Shown here in pieces: positions 10,321 to 23,200 of a DNA stretch of 64,000 nucleotides. This DNA is from an uncultured bacterium (GTDB lineage: Bacteria; Verrucomicrobiota; Verrucomicrobiia; Chthoniobacterales; SZAS-18). A model generated the notes under the pieces. The model saw nothing but the letters and a program-made list of their open reading frames with translations, was not told where the DNA came from and did not search any database. Made by a program: the position numbers and the translations under genes. The stretch covers positions 35,356 through 99,355 of the forward strand of contig CAWCJJ010000030.1 in assembly GCA_963795895.1 (NCBI GenBank). Reading direction: 5' to 3'. Position 1 is the first letter of the stretch. Every line of letters starts with the position of its first letter.

Positions 10321-11094
10321 ATGATCTTCGGCTCCATGAAGAACCCGAACCCCAAGCTCCGGCTCGACGTGCTGCTCGTGGAGCGCGGCCACTTTGCCTC
10401 GCGTGAAAAGGCGCAGGCGGCCATCCTGGCGGGGGACGTTTACACGAACACCCGGCTCCTCGACAAACCCGGTGCCCGGGTCGCCGCCGACACTCCGCTC
10501 GATGTGCGGCAAAAAAGCCCGTACGTGGGCCGGGGCGGGTTCAAACTGGCGGCCGCCCTGCGCCAATTTCATCTCGATCCCACCGGCGTGACCTGCCTGG
10601 ACGTCGGCGCTTCGACCGGCGGGTTCACCGATTGCCTGCTCCAACACGGCGTTCGCCGGGTTTACGCGCTGGACGTCGGCCACAGCCAGTTGGACTGGAA
10701 AATCCGCAGCGATCCCCGGGTGGTCGTCATTGAGAAATTCAACGCGCGCCATCTGACCGTCGAGGATCTGCCGGAGGCGATGGACTGCGCCGTCATCGAC
10801 GTTTCGTTCATCTCGCTCACGTTGATTCTTCCCGCCGTGGACAACGTGCTGCGCGCCGCGACTGGTCCCGCCGCCAGTATCACGATGCTGATCAAGCCGC
10901 AGTTCGAGTTGGCCCGGGGCGAGGTGGGGCAGGGGGGGATCGTCCGTGAACCGGAACTGCACGAACGTTGCGTGTTGAAGATTCAGCGGTTTGTCGGGGA
11001 CGCGTTGCCGGGTTGGCGCTGGACGGGAGTCATGGATTCGCCCATTCTGGGCACGGAAGGCAACAAGGAGTTTCTCGCATGTCTGCAAAGGTAA
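10321..11094 (+). CDS. tlyA: TlyA family rRNA 2'-O-methyltransferase
   Basis: S4-like N-terminus LRLDVLLVERGHFASREKA, the YVGRGGFKL motif and SAM motif LDVGASTGGFTDCLL. Start moved to ATG 10321, downstream of the tRNA. Confidence 0.88.
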   Translation: MIFGSMKNPNPKLRLDVLLVERGHFASREKAQAAILAGDVYTNTRLLDKPGARVAADTPLDVRQKSPYVGRGGFKLAAALRQFHLDPTGVTCLDVGASTGGFTDCLLQHGVRRVYALDVGHSQLDWKIRSDPRVVVIEKFNARHLTVEDLPEAMDCAVIDVSFISLTLILPAVDNVLRAATGPAASITMLIKPQFELARGEVGQGGIVREPELHERCVLKIQRFVGDALPGWRWTGVMDSPILGTEGNKEFLACLQR

Positions 11095-11945
11095 TCGGCC
11101 TGGTGGCCCATCCCCGCAAACGGGGTGTCGCGGCCCTCGTCACGAGCTTGCGCGAAGAATTTAAACGCCTGGGCGCCAAATTGTTGCTTGAACATGACGC
11201 CGCCGCGTTGGTTGGGGAAACGGAAGCGTACAGCGTCACCGATCTGGGCGGGCGTTGCGAGATGATCGTGGTGCTCGGGGGCGATGGCACCATCCTACGG
11301 GCGGTCCACGATCTGGGTGCGAATCTGCGACCGATTTTCGGCATCAACCTGGGCACGCTCGGGTTTTTGACGTGCCTGGGACCCGCCGATTTCCGCCAGG
11401 CGGCACAGTGTGTCGTCCAGGGGCATTATGATTTGAGCCAGCGTTTGCTGCTTTCCGTGGAACTGATTCGGGATCAGTCGGTGGTGGACAGACACATCGG
11501 GCTGAACGACGCCGTGATCAGCCGCGGGGCTTTGTCGCGCTTGATCCGGCTGGAAACGCGGATCAATGGCGCGCTGCTGACCGAGTACAACGCCGATGGT
11601 TTGATCGTGGCGACGCCCACGGGGTCCACGGCGTACTCGCTGTCGGCGGGCGGACCGTTGCTGACGCCGGACGCGCACGTGTTCGCCATCACGCCGATTT
11701 GTCCGCACACGCTCACCAACCGGTCGGTGATCATCGACGACAATGCCCGGGTGGAAGTCCGGCTCCGCGACCGCGAGGACGAAGTATACCTGACGGTGGA
11801 CGGGCAGCGGGCGATCGCGATGCGCCCGGCGGACATCCTGCGGATCGTGAAGTCCGAACGCACGCTGCCGCTGGCGGTGCTGCCGGACCTCCCGTTCTTC
11901 GAGCTGGCGCGCCGCAAGCTGAACTGGAGCGGCGGCAGCATTTGA
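11079..11945 (+). CDS. nadK: NAD kinase
   Basis: VVLGGDGTILRA, GINLGTLGFL and ATPTGSTAYSLSAGGP motifs. It overlaps the tlyA end by 16 nt. Confidence 0.92.
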   Translation: MSAKVIGLVAHPRKRGVAALVTSLREEFKRLGAKLLLEHDAAALVGETEAYSVTDLGGRCEMIVVLGGDGTILRAVHDLGANLRPIFGINLGTLGFLTCLGPADFRQAAQCVVQGHYDLSQRLLLSVELIRDQSVVDRHIGLNDAVISRGALSRLIRLETRINGALLTEYNADGLIVATPTGSTAYSLSAGGPLLTPDAHVFAITPICPHTLTNRSVIIDDNARVEVRLRDREDEVYLTVDGQRAIAMRPADILRIVKSERTLPLAVLPDLPFFELARRKLNWSGGSI

Positions 11946-12181
11946 TCCTCGTCACAGGGGAGTGCGCGGGCCACAGTCGCACCCGCTCACCAGCAAAGAG
12001 TTTATATTACATTTATTGTATGATGTTATGTTTATACCCATGTTTTTGAATAACTTGCGCCCTTGGGAATAACTTGTGAACGGACGCGGCCACCCGGCTG
12101 CGAACAACCGCGCCGGACGGATATTCCCCTTGCCCCTCCCACCGCCCCGCGTCTCTATTTTCATCCCTATGAATGTTCCGT

Positions 12182-12700
12182 GGTGACGTTCACCCGGGAC
12201 CCTTTTCGACCGTGAACGCTTCGAATCCTTACGGCAGCTCGCCGCCGAGGTGCTCGCGACCGGCTCCACCCTCAACTGCGACGAGGCCTTGCGGTTGGTC
12301 TCGGCTGAAACCGGCTACGCGACGCCCAAAGTTGACGTGCGTGGACGGGTTGTGGACGCTGCCGGGCGGTTGGGCGGACGTCTGCGCGTCACCTGCCGAG
12401 AATGTGACGCGGGAAATCAGGGAGGAATCCGGTTACCAGACGCGCGCCGTGAAGCTCCTGGCGTTCTACGACCGGGAAAAGCATTCGCACCAGCCACCCT
12501 ACGCGCAGCATATTTACAAGGTGTTTATGCGTTGCGAAATCATCGGCGGCGAACCGTCCGGGTCTTTGGAAACGAGCGCCGTGGATTTCTTCGGTGAGAA
12601 CGCTCTGCCGGAACTCTCGCTTGCCAGGGTTACGCGCGGTCAGATCGCGCGTTGTTTTCAGCACCTCCGGCAACCCGATTTGCCGGCTGATTTTGATTGA
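12182..12700 (+). pseudogene. NUDIX hydrolase (Nudix_N_2-type) with 5' truncation, frameshifts and an internal deletion
   Basis: Three frames are needed: TFTRDPF, then FDRERFESLRQLAAEV...GYATPKVDVRG, then DGLWTLPGGWADV...REIREESGY (Nudix box)...LPELSLARVT. The residues normally found between PKVDVR and DGxWxLPGGW, and the N-terminal ~20 residues of this family, are absent. Confidence 0.75.
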
Positions 12701-12733
12701 ACCGCGCGTTGACACCCAGACGCACCACAGCTC

Positions 12734-13405
12734 TCAGACTCTCCCGTCGAACGCGGCTTTGGCGGCAAGACTCGCCTCGTCGTCAAACAGCGCCTCGGCT
12801 GGAATCTCGAATCCCTTGATGGCGATACTCTTCACGATCTCGCCACCGCTCCAAACGCCCGCCAACTCGTAATCCGTACCGGCTAGAACGAGTTGTTCGA
12901 TGGTCTTGCGATCCGGGTCGATGATCCAGTATTCCGCGATCCCGTGCGAGGCATAGTCCTGTTTTTTGATCCGGCGGTCCGTGCCGACCGTGCTCGGCGA
13001 AAGCACTTCCGCCACAAAGTTTGGCGCGGGAAAGGTCATTTGGGTTGACGTGAATGTGGCGGCGGTCGCCCAGTCGAAAAAGCAAACGTCCGGCTCGTAG
13101 TCGTTCCTGCTTAAAGCAACCAGCAGCTTCTCGTGCCTCACTTTCCCGAGGTGGCGTGGCCGGACGTACGTTGTCAGCAAGAAGTACAGGTTTTCGGACG
13201 CCTCCATGTGCCTCCACTTTGCCGGCGAATGCACGACGACCACTCCGTTGATGAACTCCGTTTTTTGGTTCTCGTTCATCTCCTCGTAGAAGCGGCGCCG
13301 GCGTTTGGCTTCTTCGGCGAGGATGTGTTGCAGTTCCTCGACATGCCGGGGTAGTTGGGGCGAAGCAAGCAACGGCTCAAGGATAGTGTCCACAATGTGA
13401 ACCAT
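12734..13405 (-). CDS. Uma2 family (DUF820) PD-(D/E)xK endonuclease-like protein
   Basis: EFINGVVVVHSP...YEPDVCFF...PNFVAEVLSPST...KKQDYASHGIAEYWIIDP is the typical Uma2 pattern. Start at MVHIVD. Confidence 0.8.
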   Translation of the reverse strand: MVHIVDTILEPLLASPQLPRHVEELQHILAEEAKRRRRFYEEMNENQKTEFINGVVVVHSPAKWRHMEASENLYFLLTTYVRPRHLGKVRHEKLLVALSRNDYEPDVCFFDWATAATFTSTQMTFPAPNFVAEVLSPSTVGTDRRIKKQDYASHGIAEYWIIDPDRKTIEQLVLAGTDYELAGVWSGGEIVKSIAIKGFEIPAEALFDDEASLAAKAAFDGRV

Positions 13406-13498
13406 ACCCCGGGATTGCCAGCGGGCCAACACCGGTTTGGTCCCCCGTCCCGCGACTTGTTTTCCACGGGGAAGTAGCCGATGGATAACCACAATTTT

Positions 13499-16541
<3,043 letters not shown>

Positions 16542-16588
16542 GTGCAAGCGGCAAGTTCGCGCAGCCCCGCCGCGCAGCGGCCTCGTAG

Positions 16589-16740
16589 CCAAGGTAGGGA
16601 TGGCTCTCCGAGCCGCTGCCATTTGTTTCTGGGGGTTGGTGGACGACCCCTGTTACCGGGCGGACTGGCCGATCTGAGAATGGGAGCGGCTCGGAGAGCG
16701 ATCCCTACCTTGGATTGGACGGCGGCTTGGAGCCGCCTGA
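16589..16740. repeat. MITE/REP-like composite element, family B, copy 1
   Basis: aaggtagggatggctctccgagccgct ... gagcggctcggagagcgatccctaccttgg (inverted pair) followed by acggcggcttggagccgcctg. The same architecture and orientation recur at 38269..38420. Confidence 0.8.
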
Positions 16741-17468
16741 ACTCCGCCCACCCGCAAACGATTCAGGCTTGCTTGTCACTGGCGCGTGGCCTAATGGTTA
16801 AACCGATCGGGCAGTCTTATGGGTTTACGTCAGATAGTTCTTCTTCAACTGTGGTGTGGTTTTTGGAAGTGTTCATGGTGTTTCGCCGTGACGTTGCCTT
16901 TCATGACCCGTCCTTTTGTCGCTGGACCGTCTCCCTCGTCGGCTTCGCGCCGGCGTTCCCCCTCCTCGCGGAGCGAGAAAACGAACCCATCGGCACCCAA
17001 TTCTTTCCGGCGGAGAAATCCTGGGATCGAAGCCCATCGCTCGATCCCGCAAGAAAAGTGTCCCTCCTGTCGGGACGTCGATCTCCTCTTGCCCAGGCCA
17101 CCTTGCATCATCGTTGATGCGCTCTGCCAGCAACCCATCGCGTCAGTACTCACTCGAAGCTCAGCATGAAATCTCGTTATTCGTCCACATCCTCCCAAGG
17201 CTCGCGCCGCGGCTCACGTCAGCGTGGCGGCCAGGGCGGCGGCAGTTACACTCCTGAAAGCCGGACCGGCCCCGGCCCGGCTCCCTCTCTCTGGCAAAAG
17301 ATCACGTCGTTTTTCCGGCGGCTCGAAAGCTCGCCAAACCACTCGGCAAACCGGCCGCCCGGCTTTCGCCCAATCCGAACGGCTCCTCCGGCGGTGGTTC
17401 CTCCTCGCAGGCGCCGCGCGAACGGGATCAATACCGGTCCCAGAACCTGAACTCCGGCTCCGAGCCGG

Positions 17469-17786
17469 GTGTCCCGCAAACCCGAGTCGGTCGAGGTCAC
17501 CACGCCCCGGCTCTACGTGGGCAACCTTTCGTTCGACGCGACCGAGAGCGACTTGACCGAACTCTTCAACGGCGTCGGCCAGGTGGTCACCGCGGAAGTG
17601 GTGAGCCACAAGCAGACGCAACGCTCCAAGGGCTTCGCCTTTGTGCAGATGCAGAGTGTTGACGAGGCCAAGCGCGCCGTGACGGAGCTGCACGACAAGG
17701 AATTTATGGGCCGCAAGCTCGTGGTGAGCGGCGCCAAGAACAGCGACCAGCACGACGGCCGCAGCGAGCCGCGCTTCTCGGCCTGA
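17469..17786 (+). CDS. RRM-type RNA-binding protein
   Basis: RNP-2 LYVGNLSF and RNP-1 KGFAFVQM. A GTG start is listed. An Arg/Gly/Ser-rich ORF (17166..17450) lies upstream in the same frame, separated by one TGA. Confidence 0.85.
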   Translation: MSRKPESVEVTTPRLYVGNLSFDATESDLTELFNGVGQVVTAEVVSHKQTQRSKGFAFVQMQSVDEAKRAVTELHDKEFMGRKLVVSGAKNSDQHDGRSEPRFSA

Positions 17787-17818
17787 GCCATCCGGTTTTC
17801 CCGGGCATTTTACTTATG

Positions 17819-17853
17819 AACCCGGCTCCATCGCAAGATGGGCCGGGTTTTTC
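17819..17853 (+). terminator. rho-independent terminator after the RRM gene
   Basis: Stem aacccggc / gccgggtt around a ~15-nt loop, followed by a T run. Confidence 0.6.
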
Positions 17854-17868
17854 TCCGTATGGGGAATC

Positions 17869-18760
17869 GTGTTCTTCATCGTCGGACCGACGTCCGGTGG
17901 GCAAAAGCGCGCTCGCGTTGCAAGTGGCCCAGCGGACCGGCGGGGAAATTGTCAACGCGGACGCGTTCCAGATTTACGCGGGCTTGGAGCTGCTGACTTC
18001 CAAACCGGACGCCACCGCCCAAAAGCGGGTGAGGCATCACTTCTCGGGACGCGTCGGGCTCGCGGAACCTTACAACGTCGCCCGTTATCTGGCCGAGGCG
18101 ACGGCTGACCCTGGAGGAAATCGCGAGCCGGGGACGGCTGGCGATCGTGGTGGGCGGCACTGGATTGTACGTGAAGGCGTTGACCCATGGTCTTTCCCCC
18201 CTGCCCGCCTCCGACCCGGCGACGCGCGCCCGTTTGGAAGCGATGGATTTGGCGGAGCTGTTGCGGGAATTGGAGAGGGTTGATCTGATTGCGGCGGCGG
18301 CGGATCGACGTCAAAAACAAACGCCGGGTGGTCCGGGCGTTGGAGGTGACGCTGACAAGCGGAACGCCCTTTTCGGCCATCGCGAGGCGTGGACGCACTC
18401 GAAGTACGACGAAGGCAAGGCCGGCATATTGCTGGAGCGCGACCGCAAGGATCTGACGGAGCGGATCGACCGGCAAGTGGACGTGATGTTCGAGGCGGGC
18501 GTGGTGGCGGAGGTGCGCGCGTTGAACCCGGGCGATATCGGTCCCACGGCGGCGGGCGCGATTGGTTTGAACCCGATCCGGGAGATGGTCGCGGGCGGAT
18601 CTCTGAAGCCGGGTGCCGCGAACGCGTCAAGATCAGTACGCGTCAGTACGCGAAGCGGCAAATGACGTGGTTCAAGAAGGAGGGGGTGTTCCGGAAGGTC
18701 CGCTTGTCTGTAGGCGGGGACGGGTTTGATCAAGTTGCGTCATTGCTGCCCAAACGTTGA
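17869..18760 (+). CDS. miaA: tRNA dimethylallyltransferase, several frame changes
   Basis: [10 protein letters not shown] then [51 protein letters not shown] and the C-terminal [15 protein letters not shown] are spread over three frames. Confidence 0.85.
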
Positions 18761-18874
18761 GTGTGACGTGAATGTTGGTCCGGCTCGCGAACAACGCTCC
18801 TTTGCCACTTTGCTCTGGAACCTTCCGCGTCCCGTCATTACGCTTTCTCCCGTGCCCACATCTCATTCAAACCA

Positions 18875-19993
18875 ATGACCACGCGTGAAGAACTGACGGT
18901 GCGACACCAGGCGGGCGATTGCCGGGTGGTCGCCGGGCGCGGCCTGCTCGAAGAGGCGCCACAACAAATCCGCGCCCTTTCCATCGGCGGAAGCCGGGGT
19001 AACTGCGCGGTAGTCACCGACGCCAACGTCGCGGCGTTGTACCTGGAGCCTCTGCTCGCGGGGCTGCGCGCCACCGGGATGCGTCCTCTCCCGGTGGTGG
19101 TGCCCGCCGGTGAAGCCTCCAAGTCCATGGAAGCCGTCGCCGGCATCATCGACCAACTCGCGGGCGCGCGTTTGGACCGGCACAGCTCCATCATCGCGCT
19201 GGGTGGCGGCGTGATCGGGGACCTAGCGGGTTTCGTCGCCGCGATTTACTACCGTGGCATCCCGCACGTCCAAATACCCACCACTGTCATTTCGCAATGT
19301 GACAGTGCTATCGGCGGGAAAACGGGTGTTAACACTGTCAACGCAAAGAATCTGATCGGCGCGTTTCACCCCGCTCGTTTGGTGATCGTTGACCCGGACA
19401 CTTTGGTTTCATTGCCCAAGCGCGAGTTCAACGAAGGGTTTGCCGAAGTGGTCAAGCACGGCGTCATCCGCGACCCCGCTTTGCTGGATACCCTGGCGGA
19501 ATTGGACGACCGGAACCTGCTGGCGGTGATCTGGCGCAACCTCCAGATCAAAGCGGAGATCGTTGACGCCGATGAATTTGAGCGGAACGGACTTCGCGCC
19601 ACCCTCAACTTTGGCCACACCATCGGCCACGGGATTGAACAGGCGGCGGGTTACGGTCGGCTGCTGCACGGGGAAGCCATCAGCCTCGGGATCGTGGCCG
19701 CCAGCCGGATTTCGCGGCGCAAACTCGGTTTACCCGCGGAGGAGTTTAATTTGATCCTCAGGAACTTGGACCGGTTCACCCTGCCCACCTCCCTGCCGGT
19801 GGACATCACCACGGAAGCGGTCCTGGAAAGTCTCCTTCTGGACAAGAAGTTCCACGAGGGCCAAATCCGTTTTGTGCTCACCCCGAGGATCGGCCAAGCT
19901 GTTCTGTCCGAACCCGGGTTTGTGACGATGGAGGATTTGCGGACCGCGGTTGAGGAACTGAGAACGCCGGTCCCGGCCGCGCCCGCGCGTTAG
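18875..19993 (+). CDS. aroB: 3-dehydroquinate synthase
   Basis: GGGVIGDLAGFVAA, QIPTTVISQCDSAIGGKTGVN and LNFGHTIGHGIE motifs. The ORF is intact. Confidence 0.93.
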   Translation: MTTREELTVRHQAGDCRVVAGRGLLEEAPQQIRALSIGGSRGNCAVVTDANVAALYLEPLLAGLRATGMRPLPVVVPAGEASKSMEAVAGIIDQLAGARLDRHSSIIALGGGVIGDLAGFVAAIYYRGIPHVQIPTTVISQCDSAIGGKTGVNTVNAKNLIGAFHPARLVIVDPDTLVSLPKREFNEGFAEVVKHGVIRDPALLDTLAELDDRNLLAVIWRNLQIKAEIVDADEFERNGLRATLNFGHTIGHGIEQAAGYGRLLHGEAISLGIVAASRISRRKLGLPAEEFNLILRNLDRFTLPTSLPVDITTEAVLESLLLDKKFHEGQIRFVLTPRIGQAVLSEPGFVTMEDLRTAVEELRTPVPAAPAR

Positions 19994-19997
19994 TTGG

Positions 19998-20420
19998 TCA
20001 GATTTCCTCTTCGCCCGCCTCGCGGAGTTCCTCGCCCCGGGATTCAACCATCCGGTCGTGCGTGGCTTCCGAGATGCCTTCGCCGTACAACGCCTCGCCG
20101 ATGGTTTGTTCGTCGCCGCTGTCCGCGGCGTTGGTGCCATACCCGACCGACGCGCCGCTTTCGCCGGGAACATCGTCGTAGGCCACGAGACCGGCAGTCG
20201 CGCCATCGTCGTCAGCGGGCGCGTTGGGATCGGCGGTTCCGCGCAATTCCTCGCGCGCCTGCCCGTGGAAATCCTTGGCGCTGTCCTTTTCGTCCAGGCC
20301 GGCGATTTGCGCGAGTTCCTGGGCGCGGGCATCGACCATGGCTTCGCTGGACTCGCCGATCCCGGCGTCGTGATCGAGGATTTTACCGGGGTTTTCGGGT
20401 TGCGTGTCGGGGAGTTTCAT
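19998..20420 (-). CDS. acidic hypothetical protein
   Basis: 140-aa Asp/Glu-rich ORF starting at MKLPDTQPEN. The longer listed ORF extends into the intergenic region. No family recognised. Confidence 0.45.
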   Translation of the reverse strand: MKLPDTQPENPGKILDHDAGIGESSEAMVDARAQELAQIAGLDEKDSAKDFHGQAREELRGTADPNAPADDDGATAGLVAYDDVPGESGASVGYGTNAADSGDEQTIGEALYGEGISEATHDRMVESRGEELREAGEEEI

Positions 20421-20606
20421 CCTTGTGTATTCGGCGGGGACGCAACGTGCTGAGCGTGTGCCCCGCGCGCCGACCATCAGTGCGCGGGAGCGCAATCCTC
20501 TGCCCGCGCTCCCGGGGCTGTCGCCCCTGTATTTACGGTGCGCCTTCCGATAGCAGCGCGCTTTTGATCCGGCTGTAAATGGCTGTAAGGTTCCCGCATA
20601 ATTACC

Positions 20607-21339
20607 ATGACCAGGAAAGCCCAGGAGGAAACATCGAACAACGAAAACCCGGATGCCGGATCGGAACGTAGCCCCGGCAAACTGCCCTTCGACATCGACC
20701 GGGCCATGGACGGCGTGCGCGACGGCATCAAACACGAGCGAAAAGCCGCCTTGTTCGAGCTTTACGACGACGGCTTCACCTCCCCCTTCGAGCAGTTGCT
20801 TGCCTGCATCATCTCGATTCGCACGCGCGACGAGGACACCGTGCCGCTGTCGCGCCGCCTCTTCGCAAAAGCTCGCACCGCGGCGCAGGTCGCGGAACTA
20901 TCCGTGGAGGAAATCGACCGGCTCATCAGTGGCTCGACGTTCCACGAGGCGAAGGCTCCGCAAATCCTCGAGATCGCGCGGCGCACCGTGGCCGAGTTCG
21001 GCGGCGAACTTGCCGTGCGACCTCGAATCCCTCCTGAGTTTTCGCGGCGTCGGCATCAAGTGCGCGAACCTGGTGCTCGGCATCGCCTGCGGCCAGCCTC
21101 GCGTGGGAGTGGACATCCACGTTCACCGGATCACGAACCGCTGGGGTTACGTCGCCACCAAGACGCCCGAGAAGACCACGGCCGCCCTGGAAACAATCCT
21201 TCCGAAAAAATACTGGGTGGAAATCAACGCGCTGCTGGTGCCATTCGGCAAACACATCTGCACAGGCATGGCTCCGCGTTGCTCGACTTGTCCCGTGTTG
21301 TCGATGTGCCGCCAAGTGGGGGTGATCAGCCATCGTTAG
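20607..21339 (+). CDS. nth: endonuclease III, one frameshift (~21010)
   Basis: FEQLLACIISIRTRDE sits in frame 1. The HhH motif LLSFRGVGIKCANLVL and the 4Fe-4S cluster CTGMAPRCSTCPVLSMC sit in frame 2. Confidence 0.88.
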
Positions 21340-21356
21340 CGGGGTGACCTTTTATC

Positions 21357-22282
21357 ATGAGCGCACCCACCGTGACGGAGCCTGCGATCCTTGGAACCAT
21401 CGGGATCACGACAGGGGATCCCGCCGGTGTGGGGCCGGAGATCGTCCTACAAGCCCTCGCCTCGGGTCGGTTACCCGCGGATTTTCTGTACCGCGTCATC
21501 GCAGGGACGTCGGCGGAGTTCGTTCCCGGGCATGCGACGTGGGCCAGCGCCCGCGCCTCCTGGGACGCCCTGGAGGAAGCGGCCGGGCTGGTCCTCCGCG
21601 GCGAAATCGCCGCCGTCGCGACGGGACCCGTCTGCAAGCACAACCTATACGAGGTGGGGTTCCCCTACCCCGGCCAAACGGAGTTTTTCGCCGCGCGCGC
21701 GGGCGTGGCTGACTACGCCATGCTGCTCACCGGCGGCTCCCTCACCGTCGCCCTCGTCACCACCCACGTGCCGTTGGCGGACGCCGCGCGCCTGCTTTCA
21801 AGCGACGAAATTATCCGCGTGGGCCACTTGCTGGCGGCGTTTGTACAAACCCGCCTCGGTGGCCGCGCCTGCCGGATCGCGGTGGCGGGGTTGAACCCGC
21901 ACGCCGGCGAACGCGGCAGCCTGGGCCGCGAGGAGATCGACCTCATCGCACCCGCCGTGGCCGAACTTCGCCATCGGTGGGAGAAACGATCCGTCACTGT
22001 TCGGCGGACCGGTCTCGCCCGACACGGTGTTTTACCAAGCGGCGTCCGGCCACTGGGACGCCGTGCTGTGCATGTACCACGACCAGGGATTGATCCCGTT
22101 GAAGCTGCACGCGTTTCACGAGGGCGTGAACGTGACCATCGGACTCCCCATCATCCGCACCAGCCCCGACCACGGCACGGCCTTCGAGATCGCCGGACGC
22201 GGCCTGCGCGCGCCCGGACAGCATGATCGCCGCCATAAACCTCGCCGCCGAGCTGGCCCGCCGGAAACCACCCACGCCCTGA
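21357..22282 (+). CDS. pdxA: 4-hydroxythreonine-4-phosphate dehydrogenase, two frameshifts
   Basis: [12 protein letters not shown] and GLNPHAGE, then [11 protein letters not shown] and [11 protein letters not shown] in a second frame, then the tail [21 protein letters not shown] in a third frame. Confidence 0.85.
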
Positions 22283-22352
22283 CCTTTCGCCTTTCAGCCT
22301 CTGCCCTATCTCCTATCTTCTATCTCCTGCCCTTCCCTCTTCCGCCTCCCCC

Positions 22353-23167
22353 ATGCTCGCCACCCTCCACAAATACAGCCGGATCTTCAACGTCGGCCTG
22401 CAAAACACCGTCGTGTACCGTTGGAATTTCCTCCTGCGCGCCCTGTTCGGGGTCGTGCCGCTCGTGGGCACCGTGTACCTGTGGCGCGCGCTCTTCGCGT
22501 CGCGCGGACAAAGCATCGGCGGCTACGAGTTTTCGTCGATGGTGTACTATTTCCTCCTTACCCTGCTGGCCTCCAACCTCATCACACCCACCGAGGACGA
22601 ATGGCAGATCGCGGGCGATATCCGCGAGGGTCAGTTGAGTTCCCTGCTCACGAAGCCTCTGGATTACCTGAGTTATCGCGTGAGCCTGTTTTTGGGCTAC
22701 CGCGTGATCTACACGGCGGTCACACTGCCTCCCATGATCCTGCTGATGTGGGTTTACCGGGATTACGTCACCGTGCCGCAACACCTCGTAACCTGGGGTT
22801 GCGCGGCGTTTTCTCCCTCGGGCTGGCGGCGGCCCTGCAGTTCCTGATCTCGTACTCGGTGGCCATGCTGGCGTTCTGGATCCTCGAGATTTCCACGGTG
22901 GTGTTCATCCTGTTTTCGTTCGAGTACTTCCTGAGCGGGCAGATGTTCCCCCTCGATATCGCGCCGCGTTGGATGCAGGCGTTCCTGAACTGGTTGCCGT
23001 TCACCTACGAACTCTTTTTTCCCGTCGCGGTGTTCCAGGAGAAGGTTCAGGGAATGGCGCTGGCCAAAGGTTTGATGATCCAGTCAAGCTGGGTCTTTGC
23101 CGTCTGGCTGCTCGCCCGGTGGTTCTGGCGGCGCGGGCTGCGCCACTACCAGGCGGTTGGCGGCTGA
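22353..23167 (+). CDS. ABC-2 family transporter permease (DUF990-like), one frameshift (~22810)
   Basis: Multi-TM protein. ORFs 22353..22847 and 22421..23167 join into one permease (..[22 protein letters not shown]..). Confidence 0.7.
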
Positions 23168-23200
23168 ACCCTGCTGGACTTCCTCGAACTGACTTCGCCC

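Noticed and set aside
16542-17198. ORFs 16542..17117, 16819..17169 and 16845..17198 in the region upstream of the RRM gene.
   Set aside because: They overlap each other in different frames, begin inside REP sequence, and have no domain-like features. The region is treated as non-coding leader or intergenic.
17448-17450. In-frame TGA between the RGG-like ORF and the RRM ORF as a selenocysteine codon.
   Set aside because: No SECIS-like hairpin was evident immediately downstream, and no selenoprotein context exists. A substitution, an error or simply separate ORFs are more likely.
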